64,000 nt of DNA from a virus (Duplodnaviria > Caudoviricetes), in IMG/VR virus record IMGVR_UViG_3300028854_000020, positions 933 through 64,932 of that record; one strand, given 5' to 3'. The notes below the pieces were generated by a model. That model saw only the letters and a list, made by a program, of their open reading frames with translations, was not told the DNA's origin and did no database searches. This document shows positions 1 through 11,129 of the stretch, one piece after another. Within the stretch, counting starts at the first letter, position 1; every line of letters begins with the position of its first letter. The translations under genes were made by a program, and so were the position numbers.

Positions 1-2
1 AG

Positions 3-170
3 TTTAGTGAACAGATGGAAGTGGCTGTGTTGGTTTGTGCAGAAGAAGGCTTTTATCGTCAAGGAAATCTTGATATTTATTGTGAATATTATAATATACC
101 GGTTTATCATAGTATTGATAATATGCTCGTTGATCTTCGTAAAATTATAGATTCCGATTGTAGAATATAA
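3..170 (+). CDS. C-terminal fragment of a nucleoside 2-deoxyribosyltransferase-like protein (gene starts before the window)
   Basis: Frame 3 reads ...VCAEEGFYRQGNLDIYCEYYNIP..., resembling the family C-terminal motif; stop at 168-170. Confidence 0.5.
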   Translation, partial: FSEQMEVAVLVCAEEGFYRQGNLDIYCEYYNIPVYHSIDNMLVDLRKIIDSDCRI

Positions 171-204
171 TATATAAAAGAATAAATACCATAGAGGATA
201 TGGT

Positions 205-789
205 ATGCTTATTAAAGAACTTCTCATTGAACGAATTGTAAATCTGTTCAAAGCTGATGAAAAACAAAAATACGCCGATGAAGTATGGGATGTTCTTCAA
301 CAATCTTATGCTCCTATTGGTGGATTTGGAACATCTGCCACAGTTGATGAATTAATTGAAAAATCTGGTTTATGGAAATTGGTTGTGAGAAATGGAAACA
401 TTTCTGCTTTGGAAATTTATCGTGATCAATTCGGTAGAAAAGGAATTGGATTAGGAACAAACGGGACATATCAAGGTAAAAAAGATTTAAGAATGATTAT
501 TAAAGATGGTATAAAATATAAACGTTCTTGGGCAGAAGTTAGCGGAAAACCAGAGTATATATATAAAAGATATGGAGGAATTCCAATATCTGCAACATAT
601 GCAGAATTATTAACAAAGCATCCAATAATATCTATAAATGATGATGGATATCATTATACTCGATTAATATATGGGGTTCCAAAAGAGAAAATTATATATG
701 GAGTAATAAATCTATCATTACAAGATAGAGAAATGTTACGAAGCAAAGGAATAAAACTTCACGAGTTACCACAAAATATAAAATTATAA
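205..789 (+). CDS. hypothetical phage protein, probably late
   Basis: 194-aa ORF; AATAAATA late-promoter motif at 181 and GAGG RBS. Confidence 0.7.
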   Translation: MLIKELLIERIVNLFKADEKQKYADEVWDVLQQSYAPIGGFGTSATVDELIEKSGLWKLVVRNGNISALEIYRDQFGRKGIGLGTNGTYQGKKDLRMIIKDGIKYKRSWAEVSGKPEYIYKRYGGIPISATYAELLTKHPIISINDDGYHYTRLIYGVPKEKIIYGVINLSLQDREMLRSKGIKLHELPQNIKL

Positions 790-804
790 AGGAAATTATA
801 TTAT

Positions 805-1281
805 ATGAATCATAAGAGTCCCGAATGGTGGGATATGTTTTTTCTTGGCATGGCAAAATATACTTCTCAGGCTTCAAAAGACCCATCAACAAAAGTTGGT
901 GCAGTTATTGCAAATGGAAAACATTTAGTATCTGTTGGATTTAACGGTTTTCCAGAGGGTGTAGATGATGATCCTGAATTATTACTTAATAAGGAATACA
1001 AATATTCAGTTATAATTCATGGAGAAATTAATGCTATTCTTGCTACAAATTCAATACTACTTGGCACCTGCTTGTATACTTTTCCATTCATGCCCTGTTC
1101 ACGATGTGCGTCAATAATTATCCAAAAAGGAATTAAACGAATAGTATCGGTTAAAAATGATAATCCAAGATGGGGCGCTGACCAGATTTCTATGGATAAT
1201 TTCAAGAAAGCTGGCGTAGAACTCGTTATATATGATGAACTTATAGAACTTTCAGAATTTGACAAACACACTAAGATATAG
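805..1281 (+). CDS. dCMP deaminase
   Basis: SKDPSTKVGAVI, HGEINAI and PCSRC zinc motifs. Confidence 0.92.
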   Translation: MNHKSPEWWDMFFLGMAKYTSQASKDPSTKVGAVIANGKHLVSVGFNGFPEGVDDDPELLLNKEYKYSVIIHGEINAILATNSILLGTCLYTFPFMPCSRCASIIIQKGIKRIVSVKNDNPRWGADQISMDNFKKAGVELVIYDELIELSEFDKHTKI

Positions 1282-1304
1282 TATACTTAAATAGTGAGAG
1301 GAAA

Positions 1305-1838
1305 TTGATGAAGATAATTTATACACATGGATTTCGTAGCCAAGGCAATAGCTTTAAGAGCGTTGCTCTTCGTGAGCGTTTTGGAGATGATAACGTTGTG
1401 TATCCTGATCTTCCGACAAATGCTGACGCAACCGAAGCTATTCTTGATAAGATCGTAAAGGAAAATACAAATTTTCCAATTGTTTTTGTTGGAACCAGTC
1501 TTGGTGGATTTTGGGCAAATTATATAGCTCAGAAATATGATATTCCTTGTGTCATTGTTAATCCATGCTTTAAGCCAAGTATATCTTTGAAGAAGTATGG
1601 TGAAAATGTTGATGGTTATGCGCAGCGCGAAGTATGGTTGGAAAACAACACAAATGGAAATCTGATAAGTCTGTTTGTTGCCAAGAATGATACAGTGTTA
1701 TCAGCAAAGGAAATGTTGGCGGCATATCCTCATACTGCATCTACTACAATTCTAAAGGACGGTGGTCATAGATTTGATATTCATTGGAATCTTGTTGTAG
1801 ATAAGGTTTCGGAGATTGTCAAGTTCAAAGAAGAATAA
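1305..1838 (+). CDS. YqiA/UPF0227 family alpha/beta hydrolase (esterase)
   Basis: YTHGFRS, GTSLGG nucleophile elbow, VNP, GGHRF. Confidence 0.88.
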   Translation: MMKIIYTHGFRSQGNSFKSVALRERFGDDNVVYPDLPTNADATEAILDKIVKENTNFPIVFVGTSLGGFWANYIAQKYDIPCVIVNPCFKPSISLKKYGENVDGYAQREVWLENNTNGNLISLFVAKNDTVLSAKEMLAAYPHTASTTILKDGGHRFDIHWNLVVDKVSEIVKFKEE

Positions 1839-1940
1839 TAATTTTAAGTCTTTGAAAATAAAGGGCTTAGGATTGTTGTTTTTGTTGACATTTAACCAAA
1901 TTTTTGATATACTAAAAGAGTAAGACAAGGAGAATTTGAA

Positions 1941-3098
1941 ATGAAACCAATGCCAGAGCATATCGGAGTCGGAATTACAGCAATGACTTCGTTGGAGTGC
2001 TTAGGCTCATTTAAACATGAATCTATAGGCATTTATCACAATTATTTTGTTACTGAAACTGCATGGGACTGGCCCAGCAAACCTAAACCTTCTAACATTG
2101 TTTTAGATGGTTTCTCCCCTAATCTAAATAAAGAATTACACATCGGCCATTTAAAAAATTTGGTCATTGCTTCTGCTTTAACAAATATTACATCTGCTTC
2201 ACCTGTTGCAATGTTAGGCGCAGCAAATGGAATAAACAATGGAGCGATGGAAGCATATAAAAAATGGTGTAATCTTGCAAACTACCATCCAAAAATTTAT
2301 CTTGATATAGAACTCCCTGCGCCATCAGAAAATCTTTATGATGGAGTTTCTGAATATGCAGGTTGTAAAATGTTCAACAATGTTGTAATTTACAAGTCTA
2401 CAGGCGCAAGCACATATGCAGCGCACGATTTAAGTTTTGCTAAACTTGTTGCGCCCGATTTTTATTTGACTGGACAAGAACAAAAAGAACATTTTTCTAA
2501 TTTGGGTTTGGGAACGAAGCATCTTCCAATGGGTTTGGTTCTTGGTAAAGATGGTTCTAAAATGAAAAGTACAATTAAAAAAGATGGAGATATTGCTAAC
2601 GGAATTACTGCGCAAGAATTAATTGATGAAATTTCAAAAATAATTAAACCAACACCCGATCCAATGGCTTTAATTTGGAATGTACTGGCATGGCAGTTTA
2701 ATTCTGCTTCCGTGAGCAAAAATACTATTTTGGATATAGAAAATTGGTGTAAAATTACAAGTCCGGGTATTTATATTAGTTATACTTTTGCTAAAATTCA
2801 AAAAGCATTGAGTTTTGCAAAAATAATGGGAGATAAAAATCAATTAAGTTTGGATGATGCTAAACTTTGTGGGTTTGCAAGTTATTTTCATTATTATTTG
2901 AATAAAGCAATTGAAAATAATGAACCATATTATATTGCACAATTTGCATTGTCATTATCAAAAAAATTATCTGAGATATATGATAAAAAATCTATTAAGG
3001 ATGGCACTGCTAGTTTTATATTTTCTGTGAACTATTCGCTAGACATATTGAAGCAATGTATGATATTATTAGGAATGAATGTTTTGAAAGAGATTTGA
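1941..3098 (+). CDS. argS: compact arginyl-tRNA synthetase-like protein
   Basis: FSPNLNKELHIGHLKN (HIGH), KSTGASTYAAHDL, EQKEHF, KMKS; DALR-like helical C-terminus ending ILLGM; only 385 aa. Confidence 0.75.
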   Translation: MKPMPEHIGVGITAMTSLECLGSFKHESIGIYHNYFVTETAWDWPSKPKPSNIVLDGFSPNLNKELHIGHLKNLVIASALTNITSASPVAMLGAANGINNGAMEAYKKWCNLANYHPKIYLDIELPAPSENLYDGVSEYAGCKMFNNVVIYKSTGASTYAAHDLSFAKLVAPDFYLTGQEQKEHFSNLGLGTKHLPMGLVLGKDGSKMKSTIKKDGDIANGITAQELIDEISKIIKPTPDPMALIWNVLAWQFNSASVSKNTILDIENWCKITSPGIYISYTFAKIQKALSFAKIMGDKNQLSLDDAKLCGFASYFHYYLNKAIENNEPYYIAQFALSLSKKLSEIYDKKSIKDGTASFIFSVNYSLDILKQCMILLGMNVLKEI

Positions 3099-3099
3099 T

Positions 3100-3750
3100 A
3101 TGAAACAACCAATTCACAAATTATATAAATATCCACGCTCTCTGCATTTACCCAATAGCCAAGGTATTACATCCGATGATAAGGTTTTGTCGCAAGACAT
3201 TGTTGATTCGTGGAATTGGGAGGTTGTTATTTCAGAAAAAAGAGACGGAGAAAATTTTTCTTTATATTCAGATTATTTCCATGCTCGTAGTTTGAATTTT
3301 GAACCTCATCCAAGCAGAAATAGAATTGCCGCGCTTCATTCTCGGATAGCTTATCAAATACCGACTAATTTTAGAATCTGCGGAGAAAATTTAACAGCAG
3401 TTCATTCAATAAAATATTGCAATCTCAAAGAAATTTTTGAGGTCTTTGGTATATGGAATGAGGAACAATGTTTATCTTGGGATGATACAGTTATTTTTGC
3501 TAATCTTTTAAATTTGCCAACTGTTCCTATTTTATATCAAGGAATTTGGGGAGAATCTGTAGCAAAATCAATTGTAGAAACATTAGATACATCAAAACAA
3601 GAAGGTTTTGTTGTTAGACCAACCCGCGCATTTTATTTAAATGAGTTTAATAGTGTAGTTGGGAAATGGGTAAGACATAATCATGTAATATCAACGTCAC
3701 ATTGGATTCGCCAAAAAATAGAATACAATGAGCTATCTTCTGTGCTATAA
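3100..3750 (+). CDS. RNA ligase family protein
   Basis: KYPRSLHLP, EKRDGEN (motif I), GEN, EGFVVR, KWVR. Confidence 0.85.
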   Translation: MKQPIHKLYKYPRSLHLPNSQGITSDDKVLSQDIVDSWNWEVVISEKRDGENFSLYSDYFHARSLNFEPHPSRNRIAALHSRIAYQIPTNFRICGENLTAVHSIKYCNLKEIFEVFGIWNEEQCLSWDDTVIFANLLNLPTVPILYQGIWGESVAKSIVETLDTSKQEGFVVRPTRAFYLNEFNSVVGKWVRHNHVISTSHWIRQKIEYNELSSVL

Positions 3751-3874
3751 TAGTTACATCATGAACGAAATTAAGAGCACGTTTAATAAGTCAAAAGCAT
3801 AAATACAGAGTAACACCATCGCGCCTGATTCAAAGTCAGGCCATTTTTATCTTATATTACAGAGGAATATTAAA

Positions 3875-6463
3875 TTGAATAATTCAGCAACAGATAAGTT
3901 ACCACGCCCATCACAAACAACTATTTTTCAAGACCCATTTAGCGAGGAAGTTTGGAAAAAAACATATAAAGATTATAAAGATACTGACATTAATGATACA
4001 TTTTGGAGAGTATCCGATGCTATTGCAAGTGTTGAAATTACAGAAGCATTACGAAATGAATGGCGCATCAAATTTTATGAAATGATGACAGATTTTTGTG
4101 TATTGCCCGGTGGGAGAATTCTTGCCAATGCTGGAACAGAATTTAAAGGAACAACACTTATTAATTGTTTTACAGACCCAAAAGTAAAATATGATGAAGA
4201 TAGTATGGTTGGTATTTTAGAATCATTAAGATATCAATCATTAACATTAAAATCAGAAGGTGGTTGGGGGAAAAATTTCTCGGCACTTAGACCACGTGGC
4301 GGATTTATTAAAGGTATTGGTGTTGAAACACCCGGCGCAGTAAAATTTATGGAATTGTTCGACAAGAGTAGTGAAATTATTACTGCTGGTTCTGGAACAA
4401 AATCTTTAAATAAAAAATCTAAAGGTAAAATTCGCAAAGGGGCCATGATGGGAATTTTAGATTGTTCCCACCCAGATATTATAGAATTTATTACAGCTAA
4501 ACAAACTCCCGGAAGACTTTCAAAATTTAATGTTAGTATAAATTGCACAGATGCGTTTATGGATAAAGTTTTGATCGTTGAAAAACTTAAAAAAGAAAAA
4601 GCACCACAAGAAGTAATTGATTTAATAACTTGGGATTTAGTATTTCCAGATACAACACATACTGCGTATAAATCTGAATGGCATGGAATTTTAAATGATT
4701 GGGTATCCAGTGGATATCCCATAAAAATTTATAAAACAGTAAAAGTTGAATGGTTATGGAATTTAATAACACAAAGCACATACAATAGAAATGAACCGGG
4801 TATTTTATTCTTAGAAAGAGCTAATAAATTTCATACTTTAAATTATCATGATACTATTATTGCAAGTAATCCATGTGCAGAGCAGATTATGTCATATGCA
4901 GGAACTTGTACATTGGGAACATTGAATTTAACTCAGTTTGTAAATAAAAATAGAACAGGTTTTGATATAGAAAAAATTAAAAAATATACTTCATATTTAG
5001 TTCGTTTTCTTGATAATGTAGATTCTTATAGTGATGCTCCATTACCCGAATATATTGAATCCTTGCGAAAAAAGAGGCGTATTGGATGTGGTTTAATGGG
5101 ATGGGGAAGTGCATTGTTTATGTTAAAGGTTAGATTTTCTTCATCAGAAGCAAAGAAGTTACAATATGAAGTTTTAAAAGCATTTACTTTATCTGGTGTT
5201 GAAGCATCAATTGATCTTGCAGAAGAAAAGGGGATGTTTGAATTATGTGATCCTGAAAAGCATTATTTAAGTCCGTATTGGGATAACATTGATTTACCAA
5301 TAACATTAAGAAATAGAATGCGCAAACATGGTATTCGTAATAGTTCATTATTCTCAATGCAACCGAATGGAAACAGTTCAGTTTTAGCAAATATTATCAG
5401 TGGTGGCATTGAACCAATTTTCCTACCAGAATATATTAGAACTGTTATTGTTGGTGAAACACCAGATCATATTATTGATGTAGCACCCAATTGGAATCAT
5501 GGAGATTTTGTTGAAACTGATATGTTTAAATTTATTCAAGAAGGGGATGAACAAATTCTTAAAGGAACTGATAAATTTGGAATAGTTTATAAAATTGATA
5601 AAAATCGTGGAATGACAAAAGAAGTATTGTGTCAAGATTATGGTGTTAGATATTTAAGTGCAATAGGAGAATGGAATCCTATTGCAGATTGGGCAATAAC
5701 TACAGAAAAATTATCAGTTGATGAACATATTTCCGATCTTAAAGGATTTGCAAAAGAAGTAGATTCTGCTTGCAGTAAAACTATTAATATTCCAAATGAT
5801 TATTCTTTTGAAGATTTTAAAAATATATATTTAGATGCTTATAATACTGGTTATATAAAAGGATGCACAACTTATAGAGCAGCTACAATGTCTTCTGTAT
5901 TATCTGCTGTTGCCAGCAAAGATGTTGATGAAGAAGTTATTTTAACTGATATTCAAATGCCAGATTCTAGTCTTGCAGAAGTTAAAGTTTTACGAGATTA
6001 TGAGGGCGGAAGTAGTAGAAAATGGTATGTAACTCTCACTCTTAACGACAATAAGGCTCCAATTGCATTATTTGTTCAAACTAACGCTATGGAAAAATCA
6101 GTTACTACCAATGATGCTGTAGAAAAATTGATTGCTTTGGCAAGAATTAAAGGAATTCCTGAAAAATTTGTTCAAGGAACTATTGATAAATCATTAAATG
6201 ATAATAATAGCACAAAGATTGCACGAACAATTGGTTTACTGCTTCGTCACGGCGTTCATATTAAAAATGTTGTGGCAGAAATTGATAAGGTTGAAGGTGT
6301 TACCTTTTCCAGCTTTTTATTTCATATTAAAAAGCTACTTTGTGGATTTGTTAATGATGGAACAAAAATTGAGGGTATAAAATGTTCGGAGTGCTCCGGT
6401 CAGTTAATTTATGAGAGTGGATGCCAACGATGTGTAAATTGTAGTAATTCAAAATGTGGATAA
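3875..6463 (+). CDS. nrdJ: adenosylcobalamin-dependent ribonucleotide reductase (class II)
   Basis: PGGRILAN, LINCF, NPCAEQ thiyl motif, SGGIEP, SKTINIP, C-terminal ESGC..C..SKCG. Confidence 0.9.
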   Translation: MNNSATDKLPRPSQTTIFQDPFSEEVWKKTYKDYKDTDINDTFWRVSDAIASVEITEALRNEWRIKFYEMMTDFCVLPGGRILANAGTEFKGTTLINCFTDPKVKYDEDSMVGILESLRYQSLTLKSEGGWGKNFSALRPRGGFIKGIGVETPGAVKFMELFDKSSEIITAGSGTKSLNKKSKGKIRKGAMMGILDCSHPDIIEFITAKQTPGRLSKFNVSINCTDAFMDKVLIVEKLKKEKAPQEVIDLITWDLVFPDTTHTAYKSEWHGILNDWVSSGYPIKIYKTVKVEWLWNLITQSTYNRNEPGILFLERANKFHTLNYHDTIIASNPCAEQIMSYAGTCTLGTLNLTQFVNKNRTGFDIEKIKKYTSYLVRFLDNVDSYSDAPLPEYIESLRKKRRIGCGLMGWGSALFMLKVRFSSSEAKKLQYEVLKAFTLSGVEASIDLAEEKGMFELCDPEKHYLSPYWDNIDLPITLRNRMRKHGIRNSSLFSMQPNGNSSVLANIISGGIEPIFLPEYIRTVIVGETPDHIIDVAPNWNHGDFVETDMFKFIQEGDEQILKGTDKFGIVYKIDKNRGMTKEVLCQDYGVRYLSAIGEWNPIADWAITTEKLSVDEHISDLKGFAKEVDSACSKTINIPNDYSFEDFKNIYLDAYNTGYIKGCTTYRAATMSSVLSAVASKDVDEEVILTDIQMPDSSLAEVKVLRDYEGGSSRKWYVTLTLNDNKAPIALFVQTNAMEKSVTTNDAVEKLIALARIKGIPEKFVQGTIDKSLNDNNSTKIARTIGLLLRHGVHIKNVVAEIDKVEGVTFSSFLFHIKKLLCGFVNDGTKIEGIKCSECSGQLIYESGCQRCVNCSNSKCG

Positions 6464-6481
6464 AACAATATCAACCAAATT

Positions 6482-6509
6482 AAAAAGACCAGACTAGTCT
6501 GGTCTTTTT
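6482..6509. terminator. bidirectional intrinsic terminator
   Basis: AAAAAGACCAGA-CTAG-TCTGGTCTTTTT perfect hairpin between convergent genes. Confidence 0.85.
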
Positions 6510-6526
6510 ATTGCTATAACTAATCA

Positions 6527-7921
6527 TTAAGATATTAAATCATCATTCCATAATTGATCCATTAATTGCCAATTGTCACGAAACATGTAATAATCTTTGT
6601 CGTGACCACTACGATCAAATCCATCATCATCATATCCATATGAATCATATCCTTCTATGTCATAGATATCTTCTTCGTTTTTACAATTTTCTCGAAACCA
6701 ATTTTCGTTTTCTTCATATAAATTACTAACAGTTGGTGAATAATCTTCTTCGTTAAACATATTATGATTCCTCCTATGATTTAATTCACTGTTCTAACAA
6801 ATGCACCATTACGTAATGCGAGTTTATTTTGGCCATTGGTGTTGTTTTGGGTAATATGGTGTTATATTTATATTTACCACATTTTTCGAGTGATATTGTT
6901 ATATTATTAATTTTAGCAACCCGGAACAAATCTAGATAATTGCTTAATATTGATATAACAACATAATCATCGATATTTATCTCTTGTCCAATAATATCTT
7001 TCATTGTGGCTCCATATCATAGGCATCTACCAGTTCACTTGGTCGTGGTTTTGCATAATTTTTCCAAATTAATCTGTTATCATTAGCTATTTGATAATCT
7101 GGAAGACAATAATAATCATTGTTCAATTCATGCCGCCAACAAGGAATTCGTGCAACATAATCTCGTTTTAATCGTTGGCCACAATTTTGGCATAGAACAA
7201 TCATGCCAAGTTTTTCAGCCATTAATTCAGTATCGGGAATATTATTCATATATTCTTTTCGGCCTCGCATAACACGGAATTAAACTTGGAGTATTTACAG
7301 GACAATAATATTTACCTGTTTCTTGATGAAGCCAAATAGATTCTGATGAAGTTTCTATTTTATGAATAGGGTGAGAACAATGAATACATAGAGAAAATAC
7401 ACCAAACATTTCACCCATCAAATATGAATCTGGAATATTAATATTCTGGTTCTGTTCCATTATACCACCATTCATCTTTTTGGATATCATCAAACAAATC
7501 TTCTAAATCAATGTCATTCATTGGCCAAGCTATTCCATCAGATTCATCATTGTAGCAATATGGATGATCACCACCTAATTGATTTTTATGCTTATAATTA
7601 TAATCCATAAAATTAACACGACAATTACTAGCGTATATTTCGCTATGACAAGTTTGACATAACTGTATTAGACCAAGTTTAGCAGACATATATTCTGTCT
7701 TACGCGCATTATGCTCGTCAATTTGTTCTTGTGTCGGTCCAAATTTATTTTCCATATTAGTGTTTCCAGTAATAAATCATCCAATAAAATACATACAACC
7801 ATCCCAATAGACAATGAATCACGGCCCAACCAAGAGAATGCCAAGTTTGCCAAGACAAAATTGCTGCAATTATACAACCTATAAGACCTAATGATTCTCC
7901 ATTATTATTTGAATTAGACAT
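6527..7921 (-). CDS. operon of six small hypothetical genes: 7757-7921 (membrane peptide, not in the track), 7438-7755, 7242-7493, 7001-7270, 6786-7004, 6527-6760
   Basis: Abutting minus-strand ORFs under a sigma70 promoter at 7978-7950; three share M.EK/MxGxxxLCxxC; 6786 ends LLEQ. Confidence 0.7.
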
Positions 7922-7936
7922 ATTTCCTCCATTTCT

Positions 7937-8044
7937 TGACTACAAGATTAGTATACCAAAATAAAGGTATATTGTCAAGCACAAAATAATAGTTGTAAAA
8001 ATATTATAAACAGGTTTGACAAACAAACCAAAGTTTGATATACT
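7937..8044. promoter_or_regulatory. divergent pair of sigma70-type promoters
   Basis: Minus strand TTGACA(7978)-17-TATACT followed by AATCTTGTAGTCA; plus strand TTGACA(8016)-17-TATACT(8039). Confidence 0.85.
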
Positions 8045-8050
8045 ATATTT

Positions 8051-8313
8051 ATGAATGAAAAGATTACAATTCGATGTCGGAATCGGAGCAATTGGCTGCT
8101 GTTAATCGATATGGTTATGCAATTTATTATATCAAAAACCCAAGCGAAGCCGTGCAATTGGCTGCGGTTAAACAAAATGTTTGGGCCATTGATGCCATCA
8201 AAAATCCAAGTGAAACTGTTCAATTGGCTGCTGTTAATAAAGATAGTCGGGTCATTAATTACATCAAGAATTCAACAATATCTGTTCAAATGTTGGCAAA
8301 ATTTTTATCTTGA
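8051..8313 (+). CDS. 22-aa repeat protein (DUF4116-like), 3 repeats; 5' end carries a 1-nt deletion, in-frame ATG at 8074
   Basis: QLAAV..NG.AI.YIKNPSE repeats; one A missing relative to the 57358 paralog start. Confidence 0.75.
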
Positions 8314-8364
8314 CAAACAAACCAAAATTTGATAAATTGTATTTGTATATGAAAGGATATCTAT

Positions 8365-8652
8365 TTGAAAGATGTGATTGATCAAGAATTGTCCATCGGT
8401 GATTATGTCACTGGTATATGGGCAAATGCCGAGCTTGAATTATTTGAAATAGTGGATTTACAAGAGAATGGAAAATTTACAAGTAATTCACGAATCAAAC
8501 GTGGCGCTGTTGTTGTTTTAAAGCGTTTATTTAACAGTGATGTTTCGGAAGATCGTCAAAATAAACCAGTTAAGAAACTTAATTCTCAGGTTACCAAAGT
8601 TCCAGAGCAAGCGGTTCGTGATTACGTTATGATGTATAAATTGGAAAATTGA
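8365..8652 (+). CDS. small KOW/YopX-like family protein
   Basis: D.IDQELSIGDYV start; ends MMYKLEN. Confidence 0.65.
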   Translation: MKDVIDQELSIGDYVTGIWANAELELFEIVDLQENGKFTSNSRIKRGAVVVLKRLFNSDVSEDRQNKPVKKLNSQVTKVPEQAVRDYVMMYKLEN

Positions 8653-8702
8653 GTTGACTTTTAATTGAAATTTTGATATACTATATTTGAGGTTGAGAAA
8701 GG

Positions 8703-9330
8703 ATGACAATATTGTCTACTTTTCGTTTTAACACGGTGAAATTTTGTGAACCAAATTTTTGTAAACTTTGTAAAATTCAATGTTTATCTTCGTTGGATTA
8801 TACAGATCATGTAAAAAATGTTCACCGCGCAACTATAGGCAATAATGGATGTATTCAAAAAGAATTTTGTAGTTGTGGAAAGAAGGCATTATACAGAGTT
8901 CGAGATAATGGATATTGTTCGGAGCATAGACAAAACGCCATCGATGATACTAAACAACAAACCATTAGGTATGATGGTTGGAAAACATCAATTGATGTTG
9001 CAATTGCAAAACGAGATAAGAATGATAAGAATACCGCTGGATTTCAAGTTGAATATCGTATACCGAAAGGAATAACAAATGTATAAAAAGGGTGATAGTG
9101 TAGTTTTGACAACTTCCGAAAGCGGAGATTGGATTGGCTTGTATATAAATGGAGAATTGGTTGGCCAAGATCATTCTTTTACATCCACTAAACTTTTGTC
9201 AATGCTTGGAGTTTCTCATCGAAATACTGTTGTTTCTGACGATATTATGGCACATGTTGCTGGATTTCCGGCAACTTTTGAGGAACTTGACGAATATCTT
9301 GACGACGAAATGAACTGTAATCTTTTTTAA
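8703..9330 (+). CDS. two hypothetical genes: 8703-9086 (Cys/His-rich) and 9079-9330
   Basis: ORFs downstream of a sigma70 promoter; RBS and overlapping stop/start. Confidence 0.6.
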
Positions 9331-9339
9331 GGAAAGACC

Positions 9340-9660
9340 ATGATTATATTAGCTTTAGTTTGGATACATTTTATTGCAGATTTTTTGTTGCAATCTGACA
9401 ATATGGCGATTAACAAATCAATTAGTAATAAATGGTTGACAATTCATGTTTTTACATATAGTTTGCTATTTGTAATGTTTGGTTGGAAGTTCTGGTTAAT
9501 CACTTTTGTTTTCCATTTTGTGACTGATTATATTACGTCACGTGGAACATCATATTTATGGAAGAAAAATGAACGTCATTGGTTTTTTGTTTTGATTGGT
9601 TTGGATCAGGCAATTCATTTAACCACACTTTTTCTAACGTATCGGTATTTATTCCTCTAA
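9340..9660 (+). CDS. DUF3307-like membrane protein
   Basis: [22 protein letters not shown] motifs. Confidence 0.8.
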   Translation: MIILALVWIHFIADFLLQSDNMAINKSISNKWLTIHVFTYSLLFVMFGWKFWLITFVFHFVTDYITSRGTSYLWKKNERHWFFVLIGLDQAIHLTTLFLTYRYLFL

Positions 9661-9679
9661 TACAAAGAAAGGAACATAA

Positions 9680-10390
9680 ATGAAAATAACCTTCCCGTCA
9701 ACAATAAACCCGGAAAAATATCAATTCATATATGACACTGATAGTTATGCTCGAAGTGGCCCATTTGGTTATTGTTTTGAGTATCAAGAACGAAGAAATG
9801 ATGGTATTTCATTTACATATGCTATGTCTCTTCCAACTAATTTGGCAGGAGAATATCTTATATCATTGTCAGCAATTTTGATGGGTGAAGAAAATGATGA
9901 ATTGTATCGATCACTGTTTTATAGATTGACAAATAATATACCAAATACAGACATTATTTTCGCTTCCAAAGTTGTTTATAATGCAAAAAAGAGAAAGTAT
10001 TATTCCACATCGTTAAGAAAAATTTCATCTGTATCATCTAAGCAATATGATAAGAGGTTTGAGCAAGTTCATGATGAATTGGATGGTTCTGTAAAAAGCA
10101 TTTTTGAAATTTTGAATGGTCGTAATAATGAAGGTTTTCATCAATATGATGTTGCAAAGACAATTAATAAGTGGAGGCAATCCTTAAAAATGCGCGAGTA
10201 TCGTAAATTGTTTATGGAACTGCCAGCTAAATATTTGAAATGGACAGATAGTTATAATGAAGCGGCAGCAATAGATTATGCTTATGAAGCCGTTATGTCT
10301 GCTCTTACTATTTGGAAAACAAAAAAAGAATACAAAAATCATGTAGATCAATATATGCAAAATGCAATGGTTGCAAAACTGGAGTCGTAG
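9680..10390 (+). CDS. hypothetical protein ending AMVAKLES
   Basis: 236-aa ORF with AAGGA RBS. Confidence 0.7.
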   Translation: MKITFPSTINPEKYQFIYDTDSYARSGPFGYCFEYQERRNDGISFTYAMSLPTNLAGEYLISLSAILMGEENDELYRSLFYRLTNNIPNTDIIFASKVVYNAKKRKYYSTSLRKISSVSSKQYDKRFEQVHDELDGSVKSIFEILNGRNNEGFHQYDVAKTINKWRQSLKMREYRKLFMELPAKYLKWTDSYNEAAAIDYAYEAVMSALTIWKTKKEYKNHVDQYMQNAMVAKLES

Positions 10391-10445
10391 ACTTGACAAA
10401 AGAACTAAAATTTGGTATACTTTAAATAGTGGAGGAAACAATAAT

Positions 10446-10837
10446 ATGATGGGTGTTCGTGGGTATGCAACAAAAAAGTTGTTGAAGGCTGCAATTGGCA
10501 AACCGTTGCGGTATGTTGAAACGTCTATGTTTGGTCCAGAATATAAGGAAACTGGAAAGTTTTGTGTTGTTGGGCCTGATGCATATAATGATCGGCGCTG
10601 GTATGCCGAAGTAACCATGGAAAATGGATTGATAAAGAAAGTTACCTAATGAAAAATTGGCATATAACATGGCAGTTATTGTTATCAGTGATAGTAAGTT
10701 ATATCATTATTATACCAATGACTCGTTATATAATAATTCCATATATGCCATGGCATACGGTGTTAACAATTGATGGTGGAGCATTCACAATATTTCTGCC
10801 TTTTATATTGACATTGGGATGGAAGCTAGAGAGATAA
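10446..10837 (+). CDS. two small hypothetical genes: ~10446-10649 and 10649-10837 (membrane)
   Basis: Promoter TTGACA/TATACT at 10393-10421, GGAGG RBS, coupled stop/start. Confidence 0.6.
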
Positions 10838-10891
10838 ACGGCTTGGCAACGAAAAAGAATTTTTAAAAAAATTGGAAAGTTAATAAATTTT

Positions 10892-10974
10892 GCGACGGGG
10901 AGCGGCACCGCGAAAGGTTGTCAAACGTTCGTCTTGGTCGCGTCCAAGAGCCTGATAGCGCACGTCCGTCGCCA
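10892..10974 (+). ncRNA. candidate GC-rich structured RNA
   Basis: GCGACGG/CCGTCGC closing stem with internal TCTTGG/CCAAGA and GGCACC/GGTTGTC hairpins, in AT-rich intergenic DNA. Confidence 0.5.
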
Positions 10975-11129
10975 TATCTTTAAAACCATTCACCATTAAA
11001 TTTTGGTGGATAGTAGTATGGATTAATTGGTTTTGGTTTTTTGATTAATATAAGACCAAAACTAATTAATGCAATGCTGGCTAGAAGCGCAATTTTTGTT
11101 GGAATGTTCATATGGTTATTTAGGAGATT

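Noticed and set aside
10948-10968. Group II intron domain V remnant (GAGCCTGATAGCGCACGTCCG)
   Set aside because: Only superficial similarity; the domain V stem-loop geometry and other domains are absent
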